Below, piece after piece: positions 20,020 to 29,086 of a stretch of 64,000 bases of DNA (positions are counted from its first letter, which is position 1; every line of letters starts with the position of its first letter). Position numbers and translations under genes: made by a program. The DNA lies in NCBI GenBank assembly GCA_029838195.1, contig JALGVJ010000004.1:64001-128000 (forward strand), given 5' to 3'. The DNA comes from Promethearchaeota archaeon. Its GTDB lineage: Archaea; Asgardarchaeota; Lokiarchaeia; Sigyniarchaeales; SOKP01. The notes under the pieces are model-generated. The model did no database searches and had not been told where the DNA came from. It saw only the letters and a list, made by a program, of their open reading frames with translations.

Positions 20020-20619
20020 ATGAACGAAAATTCGAAGAAAAAAAACCAGATCGCCATTACTGGGGAAAAGCTCGGTGTTGTAGAGGAATTCTTACCCGAT
20101 AAATATTCAACATATGTGAAAGATGGAGAAATTCGTGCCTCAAAAACGGGCATGATACAACTTAATAGAAAAAAATGTAAAATCGAGATTGAAACCCATC
20201 AAAGCGACCACAGGAAAAGCGTGCGAGAAGGCGATGTTGTTTTTGGCACGGTCGCTTTTATAAGAAAATATTCTATTGGAGTAATTTTTTATACAATTAA
20301 CGGAAAATTATTACTTAATTCTCCCTACATGGGCAACATCCACGTTTCCCAAATTTCTCACAAGTATGTAGATAACATTTCTGAAGCGTTCCAGCTCACG
20401 GATATAATTAGGGCTAAAGTAGTGGCTAAAGAAGGCACTGAGTTTTCCCTCAGCACGATTGGAAAAGAATTTGGCGTGGTCCACGCAGATTGCATCATTT
20501 GTGGAGATGCTTTGGAAAAAATTGATTATAATAAATTGCGATGTCCGCGATGTGGACACGTGGAAACTCGAAAATTAGCGGATGATTATCGAAACGTACA
20601 TCACGCCTTACGATTTTAA
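20020..20619 (+). CDS. csl4: Exosome RNA-binding protein Csl4
   Basis: GEKLGVVEEF, S1 domain (IHVSQIS...DIIRAKV), C-terminal zinc ribbon (CIICG...CPRCGHVETRKLA). Confidence 0.92.
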   Translation: MNENSKKKNQIAITGEKLGVVEEFLPDKYSTYVKDGEIRASKTGMIQLNRKKCKIEIETHQSDHRKSVREGDVVFGTVAFIRKYSIGVIFYTINGKLLLNSPYMGNIHVSQISHKYVDNISEAFQLTDIIRAKVVAKEGTEFSLSTIGKEFGVVHADCIICGDALEKIDYNKLRCPRCGHVETRKLADDYRNVHHALRF

Positions 20620-20711
20620 ATTCTTAAAAATTCATTAACTATTAAATTATTATTATAAATCCCCTTGGTTCTTTTTTATATTCATGTAAATTATTGAAAA
20701 TAAAACGTATT

Positions 20712-20942
20712 ATGAAAAAAACGGGCAAAAAAATATTAAATTATTATAATCATAGTCATTCTCTCGAAAATATAATCAAATTCCTTGAAAGTATCCAAAA
20801 AAAGGTAAATTTCTTGGATCTAAACGTGTTGGTAGAGAGAAACGTTATTAGAGTGACGCTATATGGCCCTCGCGATTTACAATCTTTAGCCATAGAAAAA
20901 TTAAATGAGCTTGCTAACATGTTGTTAAAAAACCCCCCTTAA
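20712..20942 (+). CDS. Small hypothetical protein, possibly resembling the N-terminal part of DUF2067
   Basis: 76-aa ORF between csl4 and rpoL, a slot that DUF2067 occupies in Thermococcales. The family assignment is from position and loose pattern only. Confidence 0.5.
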   Translation: MKKTGKKILNYYNHSHSLENIIKFLESIQKKVNFLDLNVLVERNVIRVTLYGPRDLQSLAIEKLNELANMLLKNPP

Positions 20943-21024
20943 TTTGCATGCTTTAGAAGGAACCATAAAAAATTTATTGAAAATAGTATTAATTTACATA
21001 ATTCCATTATCAATTCCACTTATC

Positions 21025-21525
21025 ATGGCAAAGAAAAAGAAAAAGGACTTGAATGAAGATCTCGAAAACGATCTCGAATTTAGCGCAGATGTCCCGATCG
21101 AAAGCGTGTATCCTAGCATTAAAGAACAACCCTCCGAAAAAGAAGCAGCAAAAGCAGAAAAAGACGATGCCACCATCGAAACAATTCCCGAGGTAGAATT
21201 AGAAGGAGCGCTAGAGGAAGAAGGACCGGAAAAACCAAAATATAAATATTTAGATCTTCACCTCTTAAAAGATCCCGAATTTAATAACTATGAATTAACT
21301 ATTGAAGGGCAATCTCACGGATTCTGCAACTTATTGGTAAAACACTTGTTACAAACCGAAGGCGTTATTTCCGCCGCCTATAAATCTACCGAACTCGAAC
21401 CCTCTAAAGTATTCATCCAAATTCGGGATAATTTTGATATTAAAACCATTCTTCAAAAAAGCATCGGATCTTTTCGAGAAGAAGTTACTAGTGCCCAAAA
21501 ATTATTCGAACAACTTCTCAGGTAA
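21025..21525 (+). CDS. rpoL: RNA polymerase subunit L (Rpo11) with an acidic N-terminal extension
   Basis: ELTIEGQSHGFCNLL...GVISAAY matches the RpoL/RPB11 core; lies in the csl4-rpoL context. Start placed at MAKKKKKD. Confidence 0.85.
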   Translation: MAKKKKKDLNEDLENDLEFSADVPIESVYPSIKEQPSEKEAAKAEKDDATIETIPEVELEGALEEEGPEKPKYKYLDLHLLKDPEFNNYELTIEGQSHGFCNLLVKHLLQTEGVISAAYKSTELEPSKVFIQIRDNFDIKTILQKSIGSFREEVTSAQKLFEQLLR

Positions 21526-21583
21526 TTATATCTTCTCTCTATTTTTACCAATTTTAACGTGTTTCATAAAATACCGCACTCCC

Positions 21584-22036
21584 ATGTCATACAAATTCTT
21601 GCTTCAAGACCTTCAAGAAACCCCAATATCAATTGGAACGGATAAAGGCCTCGCCAAAATTGGAGATGCCCTTGTAAATCTCTCTTATTCCATTGCTAAA
21701 TCCATCATCATGTCTAAAAATAATGATACTAATAAAATCATCCGAACGGGTACTAAAGTCAGCAAAGAAATCCTCTCCAATGCGTTAAAACAAGCAGGCT
21801 TGAAATATTTTGCCAAAAAAAGAGCGGATGCTCATGACATGGCAAACACCGTAGAAGCAATTCTCGCTTATCTATGGTTGAAAAACGCCATTTCCTTGGA
21901 CGAGATCGTCTCTTTCTTGTCAGAACACTTGAAAGGTAATTTGTCAAATAGAAAGGATGAAATCGCCATTGCCATTCAAGCCTTCAAAAATCTCCTCCTC
22001 CACGTCAAATCTTCACTACCCACAAATACCCCGTGA
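21584..22036 (+). CDS. Archaeal RNase III-like domain protein
   Basis: TDKGLAKIGDALVNL and ANTVEAILAYLWL resemble the archaeal Ribonuclease_3-like family usually found downstream of rpoL. Confidence 0.75.
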   Translation: MSYKFLLQDLQETPISIGTDKGLAKIGDALVNLSYSIAKSIIMSKNNDTNKIIRTGTKVSKEILSNALKQAGLKYFAKKRADAHDMANTVEAILAYLWLKNAISLDEIVSFLSEHLKGNLSNRKDEIAIAIQAFKNLLLHVKSSLPTNTP

Positions 22037-22051
22037 AAAAGGCACCTCCCA

Positions 22052-22612
22052 ATGAAAGATCATCCCATCACCATCGGCATTGATGATTCCCCATTCCACT
22101 TTGATGATGCCTCCAGAAAAACCTCCCTCATTGCCGTGGTCTGCCAAGGTACTCGATTAATGAACGTATTGAAAGCTTACATAACAATTGACGGAAATGA
22201 CTCCACCTCAACCATCATACACCTCGTTAAACAAGCAGAAAAACACGTCCAGTACATCCTCCTCGATACAATCACCTTCGGAGGATTTAATATTTGCGAC
22301 CTTGCCACTATTTACCACGAAACCCATAAACCCGTCATTGCCGTGAGTGAAAAAAAAATTGACTTGGACGGCGTGAAAATGGCTCTCCTTAAGAAATTCC
22401 CCAGCACCTACCATGAAAAATTATATAAAATTATCAACGCTGGAAACCTTTTTGAAATAACTATTAAAACGGCAGGAGGGCCATCCACGATCTACCTCCA
22501 CTTAAAAGGAATCTCCTTAAAAGAAACAAAATCTTTATTAGAAAAAATTTGTATCGACTCTAAGCTCCCGGAATGCATTCGCATGGCTCACATCATCGGA
22601 AGAGCCTTGTAA
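22052..22612 (+). CDS. DUF99 family endonuclease V-like protein
   Basis: IGIDDSPF, IDGNDST, LLDTITFGGFNI, PECIRMAH. Confidence 0.85.
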   Translation: MKDHPITIGIDDSPFHFDDASRKTSLIAVVCQGTRLMNVLKAYITIDGNDSTSTIIHLVKQAEKHVQYILLDTITFGGFNICDLATIYHETHKPVIAVSEKKIDLDGVKMALLKKFPSTYHEKLYKIINAGNLFEITIKTAGGPSTIYLHLKGISLKETKSLLEKICIDSKLPECIRMAHIIGRAL

Positions 22613-22701
22613 AATCTTTTGACGCATTATGAGACCAAGTCTACTTCCCATCTTCCACCTTTAACTTCCTGAAGATGTACTTCCCTTGATTCCCCCTTAA
22701 T

Positions 22702-23205
22702 TTAATTAGAAATCTCCGCCTCTAAGATGGACTTTATCTTATCCCTCATCTCTCGCCGAATCGCCGACATTCCATAGGTTTTTATCCCCAATCTAGCTTG
22801 TACCTCATCCACGCTCATCGCCCCTTCCAAATCTTGCTTGTTTGCAATCGCAATCACCCGTGAACCCAATTTTCTCGAATATCTCTGGCAAATCTCCCGT
22901 GTTTTCTCCACATTACCCTCCGTAGAATCACATACCAATACCGTCAAGCCTACGCCCCTTAAAAAATCTTCCCATAAAAATTTAAACCGCTCCTGACCCG
23001 ACATATCCCAAATAGCACACTTTACCCCATTTAATACCGAATCCTCGATCTCCACGCCAATCGTCGGAGATTTCACGCTTTCTTTCCCAAGTAATAAGCC
23101 AACTAAGGTAGATTTACCTACCCGACTCTCTCCTATGAACGCAATTTTGCTCTTTCCTAACCCCATCCCTTCTTTCTCCCCACTTGCTCCTTCATTTTTC
23201 ATCAT
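22702..23205 (-). CDS. Arf-like small GTPase
   Basis: G1 GESRVGKST, G2 PTIG, G3 WDMSGQ, switch II FKFLW, G4 ANKQDLEGAMS, G5 MSA. Confidence 0.88.
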   Translation of the reverse strand: MMKNEGASGEKEGMGLGKSKIAFIGESRVGKSTLVGLLLGKESVKSPTIGVEIEDSVLNGVKCAIWDMSGQERFKFLWEDFLRGVGLTVLVCDSTEGNVEKTREICQRYSRKLGSRVIAIANKQDLEGAMSVDEVQARLGIKTYGMSAIRREMRDKIKSILEAEISN

Positions 23206-23710
23206 TTATAATAAATCGAATGACTATCAAAAAAGTAAATAATATCCGTGTATTACTCTTCGCTTTATCATTTATTTCCCCCATTTTCTATCAACTCACA
23301 TTTCCTCGTATCCTCCACGGTCTGCTCTCCTCTCAACCAATCTTACACCTATTCTCTCCATGATTTCACCCAAACTTGAACTACTCCTAAAATAGAAAAA
23401 TAAATGATTCAATTAATACATTAATTAATTTAATTAATAGATCTATTAAAAAAAATAAATGAATGAAAAAATAACACACTTAGCCATAAAACTTTCCAAA
23501 AAAGTTAATCCAATAAGAAAATTACCATGCCTCCACAAATCTGTATTCTTCTTTCAAAAACCCTAAACCTCATACCCTCTCAAGAGCATGAATTCCCTTG
23601 GTTCAAGCCTAAAAAAAGAAAAATAAAAATAGAAAAATGATAAAAATGAATCTCCTTAATCGTAAGAATAATAGAAAGAAAAAATTTTTATTATTACATG
23701 AGGCTGCCAA

Positions 23711-25015
23711 TTAACCCGTAACAATATCCTTTACAATACCCACGGCTACAGTCCTCCCCATATCCCGAATTGCAAAACGTCCCATCTCTGGAATCTCCTC
23801 ATATTTCTCAATGCAAAGCTTCTTGATCGGTTTGAACTTCACGATAGCTGACTCGTTCTTCTTAAGAAACTTTGGATTATCCTCAATAACGGCTCCCGTC
23901 TTTTGATCAAGTTTTTTCATCAGCTCCACGAATTTCGCCGCCACCTGTGCCGTATGAGCATGTATCACCGGCGTATACCCTTGTGCAATCGCCGTAGGAT
24001 GCCAAATCACGATGATCTGGCCCACCCACTCACCATTCGGTGTGATTACCGTGGGCGGATTGTCCGGATGACCAATGCAATCTCCACGCCCCACATCCTT
24101 CATCTGTAATCCACGAATGCTAATGCCGATATTGTCTCCGGGTATCGCCTCAGGAATCTCCTCATGATGCATCTCGATAGACCTTACCTCTCCTTGAAAC
24201 TCCGTTGGCATTATGATAACTTTATCTCCCTTTTTCAATACACCTGTCTCCACCCTGCCTACCGGAACTACACCCGTACCCTTGATCTTATACGCATCTT
24301 GAATGGGCAACCGCAACGGCTTGTCAATCGGCTTCTCCGGCACCTCAAACTTGTCTATCGCCTCGATTAACGTCGGTCCATCATACCACGGCATCTTATC
24401 CGATTTAGTCGTCAGATTTTCCCCTTTCAATCCGCTAACGGGAACGAAATGAATTTTCTTTATCGGAAATCCTATGTTCCGCAAGAGTTGCGAAACTGCC
24501 TCCTTGCACTCGTTAAATCGATCCTCACTATACTCATATGCATCCGCCTTGTTGATCGCCACCACTAATTGCTTCACCCCTAATGTCTGAGCTAAATACG
24601 CATGCTCCCTCGTCTGCCCGTTTGCTGCTATTCCCACTTCCATTTCTCCTTTTTTTCCAGAAACGACAAGCACCGCAGCGTCCGCCTGGCTTGCGCCCGT
24701 TATCATGTTCTTAACAAAATCGGCATGCCCGGGAGCATCGATAATGGTAAAGTACTTGCTCGGAGTTTCGAATTTTCGGAAAGCAAGATCGATGGTAATG
24801 CCTCTTTGGCGCTCCTCTTTTAGTCTATCGAATACATATGCGTAGGACCACGAATCTCTATCGTATTCTTTTGCGATTTTTTCGAGCTCTCTTGCTTCTC
24901 TTTCCGATACAGCGCCAGTTTGTATGAGAAGAGCGCCCATCATTGTTGATTTGCCGTGGTCGATGTGTCCGATGATGACGAGGTTAAGATGGGGTTTTTC
25001 TGTTTTAGACGACAT
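23711..25015 (-). CDS. tuf: Elongation factor 1-alpha
   Basis: GHIDHGKST, RGITID, DAPGH, NKAD, GRFAIRDMGRTVAVG. Confidence 0.98.
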   Translation of the reverse strand: MSSKTEKPHLNLVIIGHIDHGKSTMMGALLIQTGAVSEREARELEKIAKEYDRDSWSYAYVFDRLKEERQRGITIDLAFRKFETPSKYFTIIDAPGHADFVKNMITGASQADAAVLVVSGKKGEMEVGIAANGQTREHAYLAQTLGVKQLVVAINKADAYEYSEDRFNECKEAVSQLLRNIGFPIKKIHFVPVSGLKGENLTTKSDKMPWYDGPTLIEAIDKFEVPEKPIDKPLRLPIQDAYKIKGTGVVPVGRVETGVLKKGDKVIIMPTEFQGEVRSIEMHHEEIPEAIPGDNIGISIRGLQMKDVGRGDCIGHPDNPPTVITPNGEWVGQIIVIWHPTAIAQGYTPVIHAHTAQVAAKFVELMKKLDQKTGAVIEDNPKFLKKNESAIVKFKPIKKLCIEKYEEIPEMGRFAIRDMGRTVAVGIVKDIVTG

Positions 25016-25111
25016 TTATCTTCCACTAAATTTGTAATTTTAATTGATATAGATAAAATTTGATTCAGAATGTTAAAAATATACAGTTGATATTGTAATT
25101 AAATGATAAGG

Positions 25112-25128
25112 AATATAAATTTTTTTCG
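25112..25128 (-). promoter_or_regulatory. Putative BRE + TATA box of the EF-1alpha promoter
   Basis: The minus strand reads CGAAAAAAATTTATATT about 100 nt upstream of the tuf ATG, matching the archaeal BRE-TATA layout. Confidence 0.55.
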
Positions 25129-25387
25129 ATATTTTTTTAAATTTTTAGGTTGAGAGAGGGGAGGAGAATAGATTTCGGATTTTTTTGAGTTTCTAAGGTC
25201 CGAGAAAGTGATGTTTATGAAAATCATGAGAGATTTTTAAGGTTTTTTGAATTTGAATTCAAAATTGGATATTAAATTATTATTGACATCTTTTAAAAAA
25301 TGATCAATTTTAATCGCGTGCTGATGTAAAAAATAGGAATTTTGCTTCCATGATGTATGTATTGAACACGTTCATTTATTAATAAAT

Positions 25388-25807
25388 TTAAGAAATTTGC
25401 GAATTTCCTTTCAGATCTTCCAGGAATTCTTTTTTATTCTTTTTAAGGAGCGAAAAGATATCGTTAATTTCTCGAGTGAAAGAGATAATTTCGTGATTGT
25501 TTAACATGAAACGAGGAGGAATTTTTTTGAAAAGGAATTCCCGAAAAACGGAATCGAAGTCATATATATTGACCCTTGTTTCTCGAAAGAAATCCAGTAG
25601 GTGATGGAGGTACAATGCTTTGACATGGATATATTGGGATGAGAACTTTTTTTCCTTGTCTTTCTTGTAAAAATATTTTAATTGTCTGAGGGGAGTAGGG
25701 TCGTTTTCATTATAATAAAATTTCAAAGAACTTAAATTTTCATGTAAAAAAGATGATAAAAGTAAAAAGAGATACGATCTTAAATATATTAAATAGAATA
25801 ACTTCAT
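25388..25807 (-). CDS. Hypothetical protein
   Basis: 139-aa ORF from ATG 25807; the longer track ORF overlaps aIF2-alpha. No recognisable motif. Confidence 0.4.
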   Translation of the reverse strand: MKLFYLIYLRSYLFLLLSSFLHENLSSLKFYYNENDPTPLRQLKYFYKKDKEKKFSSQYIHVKALYLHHLLDFFRETRVNIYDFDSVFREFLFKKIPPRFMLNNHEIISFTREINDIFSLLKKNKKEFLEDLKGNSQIS

Positions 25808-25843
25808 GTTAATTATTTTGATGGTGATAGGAGAGGAATCATC

Positions 25844-26659
25844 ATGGTACGGTCTCGGACGAAGTTTCCATCGGAAGGGGAGTTTGTAGTAGCGCGAGTG
25901 AGAGAGATTCAAGATCAACACGTATACGTGGATTTGTTGGATTATGAGGGATTAGACCATGAAAAAACGGCACGAGGAATGGTCCACATCTCAGAGATAA
26001 GCTCTAGATGGGTGAAAAACATTCGAAATTATCTTCGAGAGGGGCAACGAGTGGTCTTACGTGTTTTACGAGTAGATCCCGTGAAAGGTCACGTGGATTT
26101 ATCTTATCGGCGAACGAATTCTGCCCAGCGAGAAAATCGCATGAAAGAATGGAAATATGCGATTAAATATGAGAATTTATTACAATTTTTAGCAGAAGAG
26201 ACAAACATTACGCTAGATGAAGCCTATGACATGATTGGATGGCCTGTATTAGACATGTATAACACGTATCAAGAAGCCATTGAAGAGTTAAAGGAGAATG
26301 GAGAGGAAATCCTTAGTAAATTGAAAATTCCACCTGATATCAAGGAGAAATTTTTAAAAATCGTGGATGAAAATATTAGTATTTCTACTGTGAGCGTGAA
26401 AGGCAGGATAAGGCTTACGATTCGAACGGGAGATGGGATTGAGAAATTAAAAAACATTTTATTAGAAGCAATGAAAGTGATTGACAATCCAAAACCAACG
26501 AGGAATTTAAAGTTAATTTATTTAGGTGCTCCTTATTATAAAATAGAAGTGATTTCAAAAGATTATTTAGATGCGGAAAACATTTTATCGGAAGTTTTAG
26601 ATACCATAGAATCCAAGGTGAAAGAAGTGGATGGTGTATTTGAGTTCATTCGTGATTAA
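25844..26659 (+). CDS. eif2a: Translation initiation factor aIF2 alpha subunit
   Basis: FPSEGEFV, S1 domain HISEISSRWVKNIR, KGHVDLS, YLGAPYY; SD-like GGAGAGG upstream. Confidence 0.95.
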   Translation: MVRSRTKFPSEGEFVVARVREIQDQHVYVDLLDYEGLDHEKTARGMVHISEISSRWVKNIRNYLREGQRVVLRVLRVDPVKGHVDLSYRRTNSAQRENRMKEWKYAIKYENLLQFLAEETNITLDEAYDMIGWPVLDMYNTYQEAIEELKENGEEILSKLKIPPDIKEKFLKIVDENISISTVSVKGRIRLTIRTGDGIEKLKNILLEAMKVIDNPKPTRNLKLIYLGAPYYKIEVISKDYLDAENILSEVLDTIESKVKEVDGVFEFIRD

Positions 26660-26697
26660 CTACACCATTTATAAAAAATAAGGATAAAGGGGACAAA

Positions 26698-26907
26698 ATG
26701 GTAAAATATCTCATGAAATGCCCGAATTGTGGAGAATATAGATTATACAACCCCGAGATGAGATGTAAGAAATGTGGAAGCGTTTTAATCAATCCACGTC
26801 CGGCGAAATTTTCTTTAATTGATAAATACGGCAAGCATCGATTGCAATATTTTAAAGAGAAATATCCACGCCCCGCTTTGGAGGAACAACCATCAAAAGC
26901 TAGTTAA
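26698..26907 (+). CDS. nop10: H/ACA RNP protein Nop10
   Basis: CPNCG...CKKCG zinc ribbon and PAKFSLIDKYG; follows aIF2-alpha. Confidence 0.9.
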   Translation: MVKYLMKCPNCGEYRLYNPEMRCKKCGSVLINPRPAKFSLIDKYGKHRLQYFKEKYPRPALEEQPSKAS

Positions 26908-26933
26908 TCCTTTCTTTTGTTGAACTTGCCTTC

Positions 26934-27707
26934 TCATTCCTTGATAAGAGGTTCTGCGAACTTTTCTGAAATTAATATTTTCGCATTTTTAAAAGGCAAG
27001 CATGCGATATCTTCTTTTTCAAAAGGTCCATAGTTTAATAGATCAATTCCTACTAATGCAGGAGTTTCTTTTAAAAATCTCACGATCATATATTCCTGTT
27101 TTTCCTCTTGTTCTAATTTTTGAGAAGGAAATTTAGAAAGGACGCCTTCTTTGATGATCTCTACATTTGGGGTGGAAGTAGAAGGGGCTAAATGGGAAGG
27201 CGGAAGACTAGATGGAGAAGAAGAGGGCCCAACTTGAGAATTCTTTTCAAGAAGCGTTTTTTCAGACAATTCTTCCTTCTCAATGCCTTTTTGAACGGTT
27301 TTAGAGGATACGAGCTGAGGAACAGGCATTTCTTGTACGATCTCGTGAAGCGAATGACGTAATACTTTTTCATATCCTTTTAGCGAACTCATGATGTTTT
27401 GATACAATAATTTTTCGGGTTCAATGAGAGCTTTTAAGTCAAGTTCTTGTAAAGAGAGAGCCGCATCTAAAATTTTTTGTTTTCTTAATTCAAGTAAATC
27501 ATCAAAAAGAAAATCGAAATTATTTTTAATTACTTCAAAAACATAAGATTTTATTTCATCCTCATGATTTAATTGAAAATTTTGAAGAAATGATTTACTA
27601 TTTTTGAAGCGTTTAAAATCTGCGTCCGTTAATGGGAATATGTTCTCATTTTCTAACTCTTTTAACCATCGCTCATACAAGCGCTCATATTCTGATTTGA
27701 TATTCAT
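26934..27707 (-). CDS. GINS complex subunit Gins15
   Basis: Helical A domain, Ser/Pro-rich linker, C-terminal B domain VRFLKETPALVGIDLLNYGPFEKEDIACLP; downstream of priS. Confidence 0.85.
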   Translation of the reverse strand: MNIKSEYERLYERWLKELENENIFPLTDADFKRFKNSKSFLQNFQLNHEDEIKSYVFEVIKNNFDFLFDDLLELRKQKILDAALSLQELDLKALIEPEKLLYQNIMSSLKGYEKVLRHSLHEIVQEMPVPQLVSSKTVQKGIEKEELSEKTLLEKNSQVGPSSSPSSLPPSHLAPSTSTPNVEIIKEGVLSKFPSQKLEQEEKQEYMIVRFLKETPALVGIDLLNYGPFEKEDIACLPFKNAKILISEKFAEPLIKE

Positions 27708-27808
27708 GGATAAGGTTCAAGTTCAAGAATAATTTAAATCTAACCCGCAAGAAATTACGCCAACCATTATTAGTATAATGGAAGGTAAACTACTTAAACA
27801 TATTTGAA

Positions 27809-29086
27809 TTAAATGGTTATTGCCACCTCCTTACTGAGAAAGAATACGGCTACATGATTGGGAACTTCTATAATTGCATCTTTGGTGTAGGGTCCATAGG
27901 TTTCATTTTTCATGGTAATTATCGGAACTTTTGGGACTGTGATTTTTAATTTTTGAAGATTATCACTTTCAAATACGATTGGATCAAGGGTTTCATCATT
28001 TTCATTTAAAGGATCGAAGTCTTCTAATTGTTCGTGGGAAAGTTCTGAAACTTTAAAACCCGTTTTTCCGTGTAAGGAGCCCGGATAACGTATTAACCGA
28101 TGGATATCTATTGAAACGGGTTGATCAATCTCCACTGAGATTTCTTTTACTACTGCTTCTAAAAATTTTTTCCATCGACTCATTGTCATGTGTTCAATAT
28201 TCCATATATTAGTTTCATCCTTGTAGATGACAGATAAAAGGTGATTTCCATTTCGCATGAAAGCATCTGCTATATTAGCACTAAATCCTACTTTTCGTTT
28301 ATCCGTTAAAAAAGCTTTAATCTCAGAAGGAGATTTATTTAATAAATCTTCAATGAATTGCAAAATTTTTCTTGACCATCCAATATTGGATTTGGATAAT
28401 CCATAAATGACACCTCCTTTTTCATTTAACCCAAGTAATTCAAGAGTGAGATTTTCACCCGTAAGATAATCCACGATTTCTCGTCTTTTTTCACTGGATA
28501 ACATGCGCAATTTTTCATCTTCTAATTTCACGTGATAGCCCCGATGTCCTGAAAAAGCACATTTTATTCTGGATTCTTCAATTCCAAAATCAGGAACAAG
28601 AAAATGATTAATTACTTTGAACACTTCTTTTTTAGCCTCGTTAAGACATCGTTTACAGATCCACGTGAGGGTACTTAATTTAGGACTTCCGCATTTTTTA
28701 CATGTATTTACCATTCCCTTGCCTTTAGCACCGCAACTTTTACAATACCAAAGGTCATGATTTTCTTTACAAGGTGTATAAAAATGATCCACATCAATAT
28801 CTATTAAAAAATCACAGCCCTTGTATTCTTTTTGATTCATGTCTTGATTCTCTGGATAATTATATAAAGAACCGCTGGCATACACGTGTCTTGGGCTCTT
28901 TTCAATTAAAAAATTTTTTAATTCTTCTTCAGATTCAAATCCCACGTGCCTGATCATCATGGGCTTTTCCCACGGGATAAATCCAAATTCTCTCTGTTGT
29001 AATGAATTGATGGTTGGGAGTTCACTTTTCTTTTCTTGATAATAAGCCTTAAATAATCGTTGTAAAAATATTTTAGAAGATGTCAT
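27809..29086 (-). CDS. priS: DNA primase catalytic subunit PriS
   Basis: REFGF, DIDVD, FSGHRGYH, DIHRLIRYPGSLHGKTG; Cys-rich zinc insert; GINS-B-like C-terminal domain. Confidence 0.95.
   Translation of the reverse strand: MTSSKIFLQRLFKAYYQEKKSELPTINSLQQREFGFIPWEKPMMIRHVGFESEEELKNFLIEKSPRHVYASGSLYNYPENQDMNQKEYKGCDFLIDIDVDHFYTPCKENHDLWYCKSCGAKGKGMVNTCKKCGSPKLSTLTWICKRCLNEAKKEVFKVINHFLVPDFGIEESRIKCAFSGHRGYHVKLEDEKLRMLSSEKRREIVDYLTGENLTLELLGLNEKGGVIYGLSKSNIGWSRKILQFIEDLLNKSPSEIKAFLTDKRKVGFSANIADAFMRNGNHLLSVIYKDETNIWNIEHMTMSRWKKFLEAVVKEISVEIDQPVSIDIHRLIRYPGSLHGKTGFKVSELSHEQLEDFDPLNENDETLDPIVFESDNLQKLKITVPKVPIITMKNETYGPYTKDAIIEVPNHVAVFFLSKEVAITI

Noticed and set aside
25980-26030. aIF2-alpha serine equivalent to eukaryotic Ser51 (ISEISSRW)
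   Set aside because: Common across archaeal aIF2-alpha; not evidence of eukaryote-like regulation.
27809-27960. PriS C-terminal domain resembling the neighbouring GINS B domain (YGP motif)
   Set aside because: This homology is already established for archaeal PriS.
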